Of a stretch of DNA of 64,000 bases, positions 37,480-51,061 are shown in pieces. Each line of letters starts with the position of its first letter. The first letter of the stretch is position 1. A model generated the notes under the pieces. It worked only from the letters and a program-made list of their open reading frames with translations, ran no database searches and had not been told where the DNA came from. A program made the translations under genes and the position numbers. Location of the stretch: contig CM035354.1 in assembly GCA_020137815.1 (NCBI GenBank), positions 3,720,001 through 3,784,000 of the forward strand, written 5' to 3'. The DNA is from Hormiphora californensis (taxonomy: Eukaryota > Animalia > Ctenophora).

Positions 37480-39321
37480 TATACATTGGCAATAAATGTA
37501 CTCATTGGTCCCATTTTGATCGTTAAGTCAACAGATCATTGGTCGCCGCGCGCAATTAATCAAACCAAAGTACATAGTTGTCAGTGTACTTTATACATCA
37601 GGGTGGTTCAAGAATTTGCGCGCGTGTGTACAATGTATAACATTCGCATTGTATTCCTTGCACAGACCGGAATGTGCAATTATTTGCATATCGTGTTGGG
37701 AAAAGTAAAACAACATTAATTTACAATCTGACAACTCATCAAAATAAAAAGGTTTACATATCCTTCAACGTGTGTTAAATAATAACTCAACATTCTCTCT
37801 AATATTGGGAAGGGGGCTGTGTTAGATCGTTAATTGTATATTCTCTCTCACACACACACACAAACCGACAAACTCTCTTTTCCTCAAGAAACTGTGTGGT
37901 TTGTCGACGTGTGTACCATACACACGTGTAAATGCAGTGAGCTAAATGAAAATGGAAATATATATATTGTGAATGAGAATGTGTGTACAAAATGTATATA
38001 GGACTCGCACCGCATGATCAATATAATACTGAATAAATGAACACTAAAATATCAGAAAAAGAGGTCTACTGTATTGGATGGGGAACGAAAAAAACAACAA
38101 TGACAAAAGCATCTTTCTTTCTCTCGTTAAAGAATGGGATCAAGCTCCCTCGATTCTAACGATTTAACTTTCTTTCTCTCGATTACTCAGATCGGCATGG
38201 TCTCTAAACCACTAGTATTAATACACAACCTCAAGACGTGACAAAATAGACATTAACAAATAAAATTCCTCCATAACTGTCCTTTAGTTTGTCCTATAAT
38301 TAAAGTGCGATCCACATGTCTCTCTCTCTATCTCATGTCTATCTTTATTTGCATAAAAACACACGTGTCCCCTATCTTTCATCCTTCCACCGCGCTGCAC
38401 TCTTCCTCGGGTTGATTCTGTAACGCTTGTAACTGAGAGGAAGAATAAGATATTAGGGACTCTACTTTTAATTATCGGTAACAAAATATAGGAGCTTTAT
38501 ATGTGAGAAGTGTGTGCTTGGGGGGGGGGATGGGGGGTTGTAGTGGTGTGCTGGTGGGAGGTGTGCTTCATTAGATAGCCCTGGGAACTATAGTATGCTG
38601 TATGTATGGGTACTAGGATCTAGATGTCTAGGTCACCGTTATGCCTGATATTATTCGCAGACCGGTTATTAATTTGGAGCAGCAGCTATCATGACTATTA
38701 TGTATATAGTGACGTTATAATGAGGAAAAGGGGAGTTGAATGAGAGTTGAATGAGTGCTGAGTTGTGCTAGAAGAAAGAGACTGAAAGGGAATACGTTGT
38801 GCAAGGAGGTCCAATAATGATATAATGCTTCCATACATAGCGGGAAGGGGGTTGGGGCGGTAGCTATGCTATGTGACATGAAAAGAGATGATGTGAACGG
38901 TAAATTGATAGCCAATTAAATAATAATTTTATAAGCGGCGGCTGATAGATTTCATGATGGTACAATTGCGTGACGTAAGGCAGTAAGCGGCGATGGATTA
39001 ATGCAAGATAGAATATATTTGCATTTCTAGATGTGCATTGGTACGACGAAAAGTTCCGAAAAGAGCACCGAGCTGGATTTGGTAGCCAGTTTTTATGCAG
39101 AACGTAGAGTGCACTGGAGGAATGTGGAATTGTCTCGCGTCTCAAGCTTTAACACGTGCATTATAACACATGATATTTTGCACGGACTTATTAATTATCT
39201 GAGATTAATGTGTGTGTGTGTCAAAGCTCCGAAGACATAGTCCGATGGAAAACAGTTTTCCTACACATTTCACACAACTTCGCCTGTGGAAAAAGAGGTA
39301 GTTCTAGGTAGAGATGTGGAG

Positions 39322-39430
39322 CAGGAACCGACCGACACAAGTAAACAACCAATCAGAACTCGTTATTTAGGTCACGTGATTGGTTATCAGCCAATCAGGG
39401 ACCAGTATTTCCAGATTCGGTCGGTTCCTG
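39322..39430. mobile_element. MITE family B, copy 2
   Basis: Near-identical to 10557-10676. Confidence 0.8.
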
Positions 39431-40144
39431 ATGTGTGGTGTAGGTCATGCTAACAGCCACATCACATATCACATGCACACGCACTGAGAGAGAGGCAGCC
39501 GTGTCCCGAGAATGATGTGAAAAATGGCAGGAAAAGTAAAAAGTTTTCAGGCGCGGCAAAATTAAGAAGAGTAAAAAGAGCCAGGTGGGATGAAGATTGA
39601 AGATGAAGCGGGAAAGTAGGGGGTTAAAATTGGTGAAAAAAAGTTCCCATTTTTGTCAGCAGCTAGATTAGATATATTACTTGCTCATCACTACTACTAA
39701 AAATCACTACACAAACTACGATGGATTATGTGATATATTCGCATTTTATAAATTAAAATCCCTGGCACAATATGCTGGGGGGCAAACGGAATCTCACATT
39801 GTGTGTTGGGCCCATGTGGTCTGTTTCATCATCGGAATCCTACAAAGGGAGGGGCATGCCATGGCATTAGTCACTCACACACACGCAAATATTGGCTGTC
39901 TGGCGGCGCTCAGATTGGGTACGGCACCGCCAGACAGCACATTGGGCACTTCGCACACCTCTGCACAACCCCACAGAGGGGCGCGAGGTGCCTGATAACT
40001 CACACACAGACATTGAAAGATATGGGAGCTATAATAACTTGTTGAGTAAAGGGTCAGTGGTCACTCTTACTCAACAAATAATAACTGCACTATGTAGCAG
40101 ACTGCAGATTTATTGGAAGATTTATTGGGAGAAGGGAATTTGTT

Positions 40145-43100
40145 TTAAATCATGTGTGTAAATGGTATATAAATCACGCTCCAATCACAACGAGCTTTTT
40201 GATCTAAATGTGCTGAATGTTTCACACATACCCGAGTTGTTACGGACGAGTGGGTTAGGGTGACATTAGCACTACTAATGTCTGCAAATGATGTTCTCCG
40301 TTCAACTTGGTTCAACCAGTTCCGCCGATTTGCCAGACACCCATCCAGTAGGGGTCGGAATAACGGGTTAGCTTTTTCAAGTGACTGCAGGGGGAGAGGA
40401 TAACGGGTTAGCTTTTTCAAATGACTGAAGGGAGAGAGGATAACGAGTTAGCAAGGGATCGCACCGAAAGATAACTTTCTAATAGTGATGACGTCATATT
40501 ATATGACATCATCATTATAAGAAAGTCATCATTATGACAGCCATAATGATGACGGAGAGCTGTTCCATATCACTAATTAAATTACCTCATAAAGTTCCAT
40601 ACAAATATTGTCGATAAAGTCCACTTGCATTTTGGGTAACTCGTCCCGTTTACTCCGATCCATCATGTACATGGGCGCCTTTCCGTACTTATCCCTCTGT
40701 AAATATGTGTTAATTAATCAATAATCAATTAATTAAGTCATCTATCTACCTACCTACGTCAGTCACGTGAGTAAAGACTGAGAGACCAAAGTCAAAAGAG
40801 CCGTGTGATAGGGATAGTCGCAAATAATAGTCGCAAATAATTGGCGATATATCAAATATGGTTTTAATTGATTTTAGTTAATTAATTAATAATTGACTAT
40901 TTCTGTATCCATACCTCGATATCGCCCTGATTGAAAAACTCGCTGGCAATCTTTTCTGCCACCATTCGTTGAACCTCCCAAGGTTTAGTTATAGCGGATA
41001 GATCACACCCTGTTATCATCATAGATCTCAGTAGGGCCTTGTTATCGGGCTCTGTCCAATCTGTTTCCCCCGTCTCACACAACTTTTTGAAGTTAGCTTT
41101 TTGCCTGGTCAGAGAGAGAGAGGAGGGGGGTTAATTGAGAAAAAATGAAGGTAATATCCTTCTTCATTGTCTTAGTTAGTAGGTCGAGAGTATCTGAGCG
41201 GGATCTGAGCAAACCATTCGAATTAGCGGAGCTGTGTCCAAGGAGAGCGAGTGTACCCTAGTAGTAATCGTATTGTCCTTGATACACAACCACACGCGGC
41301 GTAATGGTACATGTCGTAATACATACAATATACTACACACATTGCTCCTTCATAAAACCAACTAATGCTCCTTCACAAAAGTACATACCTGAAGTACATG
41401 GCAAGATCGGTAGCTAGGATGACCTGTTTTATCATCTCCATTAGTTGTTTATATTCTGCCTCCCTCATACTTTTAAAGATATTGTTCCCATCGACATTGG
41501 AGATGGTTTGGAAGTGGTTAAAGTGGTGGTACTCCATGAATGATGTACTATACAGGTTCGCCAGAGGGCTATTTGATCTGGGGGCAGATAAATTGAGTTT
41601 AAGGAGCTGCATTCCCTTTTTAATAGCGCATCATTATAAAAGTGTAGGATGATATGTTTCACGTCATATTACTCACAGTGCCTGGAATTGGTTGGTAGTT
41701 CCCCGGTGATCAATGTCGTGACAGAGAGACCCAACAAGAAGAGCTAGAGTTTCCAGATCCGTAAATTGATTAGCCATCTGCCCCGACTAAAATGGGGAAA
41801 GGTGTTAGCAACTGAGTTAGTTTAAATTAATTTGTTAATTCAAATTGATTAAATTCGACTGAGTTGGAACTTACTGTCAGCATAGCGAACATCATTTGTG
41901 CAACGTTGAACCCATGCCGCCAGTTATGATACATGACGTCCCTATAGTTTTTCCGTACTGTTATTGACCATCGTATTAACGCTTGGTGGTCAATTCTGGC
42001 AAGGGCATGGTGGTGTTATGCATTGATTCCCAGGTTGGCTAGTTCGTAGTTCGTACTGTTACTAAAGGAAAATTAAACATCCAGTTCATATCACTGCATT
42101 TACCTGAATTTATTAACTAAATCAAGATCCATAAACATCCGAACAGTAGCTAAAACAGTCTGATCCCGATCGAGGGTGTGGTCGCCAAAGTCATAACTCA
42201 GGATATTTAACTCCCCTGCAGAGGGTATCTCCTTTCGTTCGATGATCGATACCTCATCTTTACTAGCACTGGCGTGATATGATAGAATCTGATGGGGGGG
42301 ACGATTATTAGTGCCAGCTGACAGGTGATCAAGAAGACTGCTTCCACGCGTTGAGTTTTCAATTCCAGGACTTTGAGAGAGAAACCGCGCGTGTGCGCGC
42401 CAAGAACCCTCGTTTAGAGTTGTGTGGCGGCGCGCGCTACGTTAAGTCAGCTCTTGTACATGAATTTACTGGAGGAGCTGACCAATAGCTGGAGGACTTG
42501 GTCTTCCTGGAGGATGTTCTCCAAGGAGCAGTATAGTAAGTAGGTAATGTATGAATGTAGAACCTACTCCTATAACTGTTCATACTATTGTTTAGACAGT
42601 ATGGTCAGCCAATGCCATACAAGTTACACGTGTATTGTTCTAGAAGTCTCAGTTTATAACAACAAGTTACAACAAGTTCCTACCTCAAGTAACGACTTTC
42701 TGGGCGCTGTTCGCTTTCAATAGTCGCTCGAAATTCACCACGTTGTAGATACCCAAACCGCAGAACAGCGTGAACGCCTAGAAAATACAGTTAGACGAGT
42801 AGGGTAACTATGGGGATATTGAAAATACAGGATTGATTAGAATAATAACCACATACTCTCACAATTGTACTAACCTCAAATAATGATTCATCATTTCGAT
42901 CGAACCGCTCCTCTCCCTTCTTGTTGAGGATCTCTACCACACCTAAGCAGGCGTTTAGAATGTCAGAACACGTCATTAGTCCCAACACAGAGATATTAGG
43001 AGTGACAGATATTGGATATCATCAAATTGTGCCTGACAAACAAACAAATCTATATACCACGCCCACATCATCTACCTACCTAACACTTGTCTTGTATCAG

Positions 43101-44946
43101 TGAGTATAGGCATGGCCAGGATACTCCTTATCTCTCGATCTGCCCCGATCTTGTCCTCCGATATCGTTCCCCCGAGTCCCTCAATATTCTCACCCGGTAT
43201 CGCATTTACCGTCTTCAGGGTCTGGGCAATGTAATTTGCAAGGGAATCCTGGGGCGTCTGAATCTTTTGGAATTCATATTCGTCACCGGTTTCGGGATTT
43301 TTAACGTCCGTTCCCGTATACACCTCGAAACAACTTTCAAAGCTGTCCGGGACTTTTTGGTATAAACTACACTGCAGGAGAGAGAGGTGGGTTAGGTAGG
43401 ATATCTCATGGGATGCAAGGTAAAGAGTGAGAATATAGTGTTGTTGACTATAAGACATTGAGTAGAAGTGTGTAACACCCCCTTCAACACGCACGTACAC
43501 ACTCTCCCTCTCTTACTTACACTCTCAGTCTCCTGGAGCATTCCCTCTCTTACTTACACTCTCAGTCTCCTGGAGCATTCCCTCTCTTACTTACACTCTC
43601 AGTCTCCTGGAGCATTCCCTTGCCCTCCCTTACTTACACTCTCAGTCTCCTGGAGCATTCCCTCTCTTACTTACACTCTCAGTCTCCTGGAGCATTCCCT
43701 CTCTTACTTACACTCTCAGTCTCCTGGAGCATTCCCTCTCTTACTTACACTCTCAGTCTCCTGGAGCATTCCCTCTCTTACTTACACTCTCAGTCTCCTG
43801 GAGCATTCCCTCTCTTACTTACACTCTCAGTCTCCTGGAGCATTCCCTCCCTCCCTTACTTACACTCTCAGTCTCCTGGAGCATTCCCTTGCCCTCTTTG
43901 TTCTCCATGAGGAGGATTCTACACCCGGTACACCCGAACATCTCACACCCCTTCTTCAGGACCCTCCTCAGGAGAGTGTTCATGTCCCGCTGTTCCTCGA
44001 AAATGTAGTGCGCTAATAACACCAGGGACTGAAAAGAGAGGATTATTGAGGTAGGGCGTGCATTCTAGAAATTGGTGTGTTTAGGAATTTAACAATGGAA
44101 AGTTGAGAGAGAGAGAGATGGCGCTAGAGAATGAAAGAGATATGCTGTATGTGGTATGATGTGACATCTCAATAAAGTGTGTGTAACGTGTATACATTGT
44201 TTGCTTACTCCAATACAATTGGCTGAAGATCAGAATTCGATAGGAAGATATTAAGATGAAAGCATTGTGTACAACATGTGGGATTATGTTTTATAGCTCG
44301 AGTCGTGACTCAAGGGGGAGGTGGTGCAATAAGAGTGCATTCTGTATATACCGAGTTTATACATCATTGATGACCATGTGCTAATGTGTTTTTAGAGAGG
44401 GAGGGAAAGAGGGAGTGAGAGAAATAAAGAAAGAAAGAGAGAGAGAAAGAGAGAAATAAACGGGGGGCAAGGAAGTGTAAAAGTGATGTATAGTCCATAT
44501 TACTACATGCAAGCTAGTATAGTGAGGACAATAGAACACTAGTGATGCATGACGCCATGAGAGACACACGTGCACAGCACCACTTACATCACTTCGCTTG
44601 TACATAATAACACTCGACTGGAAGAGAAGAGCGTTAGCAATTCCAATTCCACAAAATGTCAGATATCGTTCAAATATTTTTTCATCGTTTTTCGTAAATG
44701 GCCCTTCCTCATCCTTTTTGTTTATCACTTGCGCTACTCCTACAGTCTGGGGAGGGAGAAGGTATTGTTAGGGTTTCACTCTCAGGGGTCAGGGGGCAAG
44801 GCTCGGGACAAAGTTCCCTGCTTGTGGGAGAAACCAATCAATATTAAGTGGTACCATGGGGAACATAAACACGACTTAAGCGGTAGTTAGATATAGGAAG
44901 CATAGAGAGAAGTTGATCGATTGATTGGAAGACGATGAAGAGAGGA

Positions 44947-44985
<39 letters not shown>

Positions 44986-46221
44986 GAGAGAGGAGAGAGA
45001 GAGAGGAGAGAGAGATCTATAGAGCATATAGAGAGATCGATATCGCTCTCTCTATCTATCTATCTCTATCTCTCTCTCCCTCTCTCTCTATCCTCTCTCT
45101 CTCCTTCTCTATCTCTCCGAGTCCTCCTCTCTAGATTACAGAGATCGTCTAGCTCTCTTCTGACTTCCTCTCTCTTACTGTCAGCTCTCCTTTTTCTCTT
45201 CCCACTTTTATCATGTCACCGTTCACTCATGCTCCTCTCCAGACTTTAGCTTGGGACCATCTTCCTTGATTGTTTTATACTTCATGATTGGATTCATGCC
45301 AACCACTGCTTTCTTTCTCTCTCTCCTCTGCTCTCTCTCTCGCTTCTCTCCATCTCTCTTCTCCGTGTCTCCTCTCTCTCTCGCTCTCTCCCTCCTTTCG
45401 CGGCGTCGTCTCGTCTCCTCTTCTCTCCTCCCATATATTTCTCTGACGTCACCCAGATTCCCTATATCAAGCCAAATCACAAGCTAGAGAGGCCAGGGAA
45501 GATGCAATGTCAAAGGGAGAGAGGAGAGAGGGGACCAAAGATAGAGAGAGGGGGAGTGGATGCTGAAAAGCATGGATTACATAGATCTAACGATCCCTCT
45601 CCTCTATTCTCCCCAAAACACCAACGTGTTCACATTCTCACATACTAATTCTCCCAACAATTGATTTTATCCCTATTTTTAGGCTCTGTAAGAAGAGACG
45701 ATAATGATATTGTGAAAGAACACCAGTTTCTCAGGGATTTGATTTTGCGGGCCGGAGTCAGTCAGCTGCTCAATAGGCCGTAAATGAAAATTAGGAACAC
45801 AAATTTGTAAGATATCCGTTGAATTACAGACAGGGCCGCTGTCTGTCTTTTTCAGGCCGATTATTATGAGGGCCACACACAAGATAAGAAGAAGGAGGTT
45901 CCAGACAAACAAATACATCTGATTTAAGTTTTGGGATGTTCAGCAATGTATAGAATTCACTCACCTCTCCTTTGCTGTTCTTCACAGGCATACAAAGAAT
46001 ACTTTTCGTCCTAAATCCCGTCTGCATATCAATTGCCTTATTAAACCTGTCATCCTGCAAGAAGGAGGGGGTTAGCAGATCTGTGTGTTTCAGTGTAGTG
46101 TGACTGCATCATGAGGTAGGAACCGCAAGAACCAACCCGGTCGGCAACCATGATTCGTCATCCTGCTATTCTAGAGTCGTCTCTTCATTTCGGTACTCGC
46201 ATCCACTCTCTTGTCACTCTG

Positions 46222-46290
<69 letters not shown>

Positions 46291-47839
46291 AAACCAAACA
46301 ACTCTCTCTGTCACTCACCTGGTAGGCGTCTGGGATGTTAACCGTTTCCCCTGACTCCGCCACATACCCCACAATACCCTTTCCATATGGTATCCTGATA
46401 GGTTTGTGTTCATACATATCCGCCAGTTGGCTACTTTCCGTTACATCAAACAGCTTACTAACTAAAAACCTGCAGAAGAGATAGGAGAGATAGGGGAGTT
46501 AGGAGAGAAAGAGGCTGTGTGAGGACCAGAACAAATATCACAAAAATGAGGAGGAGGCTGTGAAGAGATCAGGGAAGAGGTTGAAGTTCAAAAAGTGAGA
46601 TAAGGGCAAATTTGATGGCATAATTTTAAACAGAAGGTCTCCCTCTCCCTTTAGTTGTTGCATATGTGGGCCGGAATGACTGATAATTAGCGCCCAAATC
46701 CCTCGGGGAATATGGTGGTCCGTGTGAGAGGAAAGAGGAGCTACAAGTATCTTCCCCGCCCTAGTGTTTAGCCAGGGTCCTAGAGGAGTAGCAAGAACAG
46801 GGGTCTGTAATGGGGGTAGCTTGTAGGACCGGGAGTAGAAAAGACAAGAGGGGAGGGGTCGTTATTGGTCAATTTTGTAGAGAAGTTGGGTTATGGAGAA
46901 GTTGGGAGAGAAGGAGAGAAAATGGGAGATATGAAGAGAGAAGGGCAGAAACTTACTTTTGGTCACCACTTCCGATCATTAAAAAGAGGGAACACCGGTC
47001 GCCATTTGTCAGAATCCCCACATTTAACAAAATCTTAAAGCACAACGACACGAGATCCAAGTCCTGGGCGATATCCCGGACGAGTTCCATCATCAGTTCC
47101 GGTTCGTTTAACTTCCTCCATTCCTCCCGGGAGCGCCGCCTGGCTGACGGCTCTTCTGTAGAGAGAGAGAGGGGAGGGGATCAGATTTGAGCACAGGTGG
47201 CCACACATACATACACTGAAACAGCTGTATTTCTCATGGCTGTAGTAGTAGTTACACTATTGTAAAGTAGGATCATCTTTACTGCAGACTTATTTTCTAT
47301 CTCCCACCACCACCACCTTTATAAGGGTGGGAGATAGAAAATGATCTATAGCAGTCTATCTCAACAATATTCTGGAGATCTCTATATGAGATATTATGTT
47401 CTGGAATATTCTAGAAATTTCAGAGTCTACTAGCACTCCGTCTATCAGGAAGGTATATTTCATTTCTTACCTCCTGGTTCGCCTGGCAGCTGAAGGTTGG
47501 TAGGGAGGAGCGATCGAATGTTGATTAGGTCATCCGAGAATGATCTGCAGGAATGGGAGGGAAATATAGGATATCAATCAGACAGGAGTGATACGGTGCC
47601 AATGTCAGGTTAGGGTTATAGATCACTTTCTGACACACATATATCTCTTGGAGAGAAAGATGTGTCAGAATAGCGCCTGACATGTTTTTTAAAAGAGCAC
47701 TTAGAACACATGTACAACAACATGGTGTCAACATATCATGGGGGGAACTGGGAAATAAAGTAGCGGGGTGCAACCCTCGAGAGAGCAGCACATATCAAGA
47801 CATGCAGAGCTCCTTTGGGTGCTATCATACTCTATCTAT

Positions 47840-47920
<81 letters not shown>

Positions 47921-48229
47921 TCTCAATATCACATGTGATATATAAATCAGACCTGAGACTAGCGACATAGTTGTGGTAGTGAAAGGGGTGAGCCATGTAT
48001 ATCGAGCACCAAATAAAATGGAAAAGAGATCAGGTGTTACAAAAGTGGTCACCTTTCCAGCCAACTAATTTCTGTTAGTTTTTTGGCATAATTAAGTACA
48101 TGAACTACACGACGTGAACAAGGTCACTATTACTAATACGCAGCGGTATAATACTGCACATGTAACTAAGCTGTATTATAGTAGTGTGACACCATATACG
48201 ATTAACCCTCTTGTGATTCGAGAGAGAGG

Positions 48230-48291
<62 letters not shown>

Positions 48292-51061
48292 GAGGGAGAG
48301 AGAGAGAGAGAGAACTGGGAGAGAGTGGTAGATAGAACCAGAGGTCATATCACGTGATTGTATTGGTCACATGCTCCGATTTGCTTTGTGAGGGAGGATC
48401 CCACGTGGTACATTAGCAGCAACCTCTCCTATCATTCCCTCTTCGTCTATCTCTTTCCCTCTCTTTCACGCTCTCTCGTTTGGCATTGTGTTAGGGTTCC
48501 AACCTCCATTTGTTCTATTGATGACAACTGATGACGTAAGCAGATCATTATCGGATCCACCCATTCAGTTTCTATCAATTGGATTTCTATCAATGGATGA
48601 ATGGACGTCTATTTCATTCACTCTCTCTCAGCTCTCCCTCTCTCTCAATATATCTCTCTTTATCTATCCTTCTCTCTCGCTCTCTCTATCTCTCTCGTTC
48701 TTAGATTGTGAAAATGGGTCCCTCTCGCACCCCAGTCAGTCCCAACAGTTCACAAAGAGTGATCAGACCGATCATACATATATTGTTGTGGGTGAATGGT
48801 TAGGAGTTTGCTTCACCAACACAGGCGCACACACACACACGCACACACACACACGCACATGGTGGAATAATGATTGTTGGTACACATGTAAAAGAATGTT
48901 ATAAGATTATAAGAAGAGACGAGAAATGGATAGATATTGGAAAGAGGGACGTGATAGTGCAGGGCGTACGACGGTTTTTTTGAAAAAAATTGCAAACATT
49001 AGCATATACAGTTCCCGTGCAAAGAGGGAGAGAGAGATATAGTGTACAGCTCAGACAAAAGGGGACATCTATATAGACCCAGATATACCCGAAAAATGAA
49101 AACAATGATTATTTGGGTGATATATCCGGGCTTATAGATGTCCGCTATTAGACAGTGGGCGAGAAGAGATGCGATAGGGGCCAAGGCATGTGGGAGATGT
49201 GTGGGTGGGGCCAACACAAGCGGTTTAAATATAAAATCTCACGTTGAGTGGGACATGGCATCACTGAGGCAGAATTCCCTGAAATGAGAGAAATTTGGGA
49301 ACTGTGTTTCAAAACTTGGAGTTTGAATAGGAAACTGTACTTGGGAACTGTATACACATTTCTCTGATAATGGAAACTGTATTACATCTACACAGACAGC
49401 GTTGAGACAAGTGGGGTATCGGGTAATGAATTACATGAGGTGTGCGTCTGTGAACAAATTTCTCGAGAACCAAAAGCCCAAAAAAGCTTCATGAAAACTA
49501 GATGAAAGCACCAAAACAAACTGACATTTTACTTAGTGGTGCACAAAGAAAGAGCGTTGTAGAATCATGGTCATGATTAAAGGGAGTCAATTACGAGAGT
49601 CAATCACGACTCAATGGGAGTCAATCACGACTTAATGGGAGTCAATCACGACTTAATGAGAGTCAATCACGACTTAATGGTTGAAATTAATAAACACGGA
49701 TTGGAAACATCCGCGTTAATTGATTTCAACTTTAAATGAACTCATGTGTTGTACAATATATACGTGGTATAGTCTCGTACACACACATGAGTTTCACGTG
49801 TTAACAAACAGACACGTACAGCAAAGAAAACTGCTCTGATAATGACCTTCTGTATGGTTTGAGGATTGGTGCTCCCTCCCGTGATATTGTTTTCCGGAAC
49901 TGTCTCGATAGGATCTGTTGTCTCTTGATGGTAGGCGTTATATCCATAGCCTCATCACCACTATCCTCCGTGGGCACATCTAGAGTTGTTCGGGTGTTGG
50001 AAAACTTAACATTTTCTGGAAGGAATCGTGAGTAATCCTGCAGTACAAACAGACATCTATGCCCATGCTCACAGACAGACAGACAATCTGACAGACATGC
50101 AGACAGACATACTGACAGACAGACAGACTGACATACATACTGACAGACAAATAGACAGACAGACAGACAAATACTAGTATTTGACTTACTGGGTGGAGCA
50201 CTGAGTGATGGGATAAGGAGTTTATTATCAGTTACAGAAGATTTGGGCTGCAACCGACCCTCCTCCTCCGTCCGACTTCGTTTCCTTTCTTTCTCGTTCG
50301 AGAGTTTTCTACCGTGGGCCTGGAGAATAGCACGATCTTTTTAGTCGACAACATTAGTCGCAGTGTCATTGAATTAGGCTAAGGAGCGTGTCATTGTATC
50401 CCTATAGCAACGATCATCTCCTTTGTGAAGAGAGACAGCTAGAAACAAAATAACTATATAATCTGTGGGGGACGGGGGATACTTTAAACCATGTAACTAA
50501 AATAATGGGGTAACTGCATTATATATAAATCTACTTGAACTAGAGATCAGCATACAAACTATTAAATATTTTGTCTGGGCAAGCTCTTATTCTTTTTATA
50601 GCTTGGTATCACAAGTATATCTTGTCGCGCCGATATCAGTCGGTATCTCAGTAATCAGATACCAAACGAAACACGACTAAGAATGTTGAGACAGATTCAT
50701 TTATAATTGATGATATTTCTCAAGATTCTTTATAGTCAACACAGTAAGACATGCACCAGTAAAAGAGACAATATCTGTAAATATCCAATTCTTGTGTCAT
50801 GTGGACCATTGCAATCCAAAGAGCTCTACCGTGTTGACAAAGGAGCAGTACAAGACAAATATAAACACTTAAACTCTTAAATAAACCGTGTGTTTATATA
50901 ATATATTCGTCTTATATATCTGTCAATGTATATCTAACCTGAAACCAGTGTTCATAAAGCTCCCGTATATCTGTCTCAGAGAGGTGTTGCACCACAAACT
51001 TCTGAAGGAATGCTGGGTTCTCCTCCAAATACCTCTCCACATTCGGCTCTGATAGTGGCAT
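40145..51061 (-). CDS. GAF-GAF cyclic-nucleotide phosphodiesterase (PDE5/6/11 group), multi-exon
   Basis: N-terminus [16 protein letters not shown] (50939-51061). GAF-A: [13 protein letters not shown]|[35 protein letters not shown]: ILNKK..FDRNDE. Catalytic domain: [59 protein letters not shown]. The 3' end is taken from the open frame and is uncertain. Confidence 0.92.
43502..43890 (-). repeat. 37-bp tandem array (~10 copies) of a PDE exon end plus donor site
   Basis: Minus-strand unit AGGGAATGCTCCAGGAGACTGAGAGT|GTAAGTAAGAG. The real exon ends at 43864. Confidence 0.92.
49583..49680. repeat. ~21-bp tandem repeat, 4-5 copies
   Basis: Unit GAGTCAATCACGACTTAATGG. Confidence 0.8.

Noticed and set aside
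43502-43890. CRISPR-like regular repeats (also 11733-12057 and 13612-13903)
   Set aside because: The units are head-to-tail with no unique spacers, the context is eukaryotic introns and there are no cas genes.
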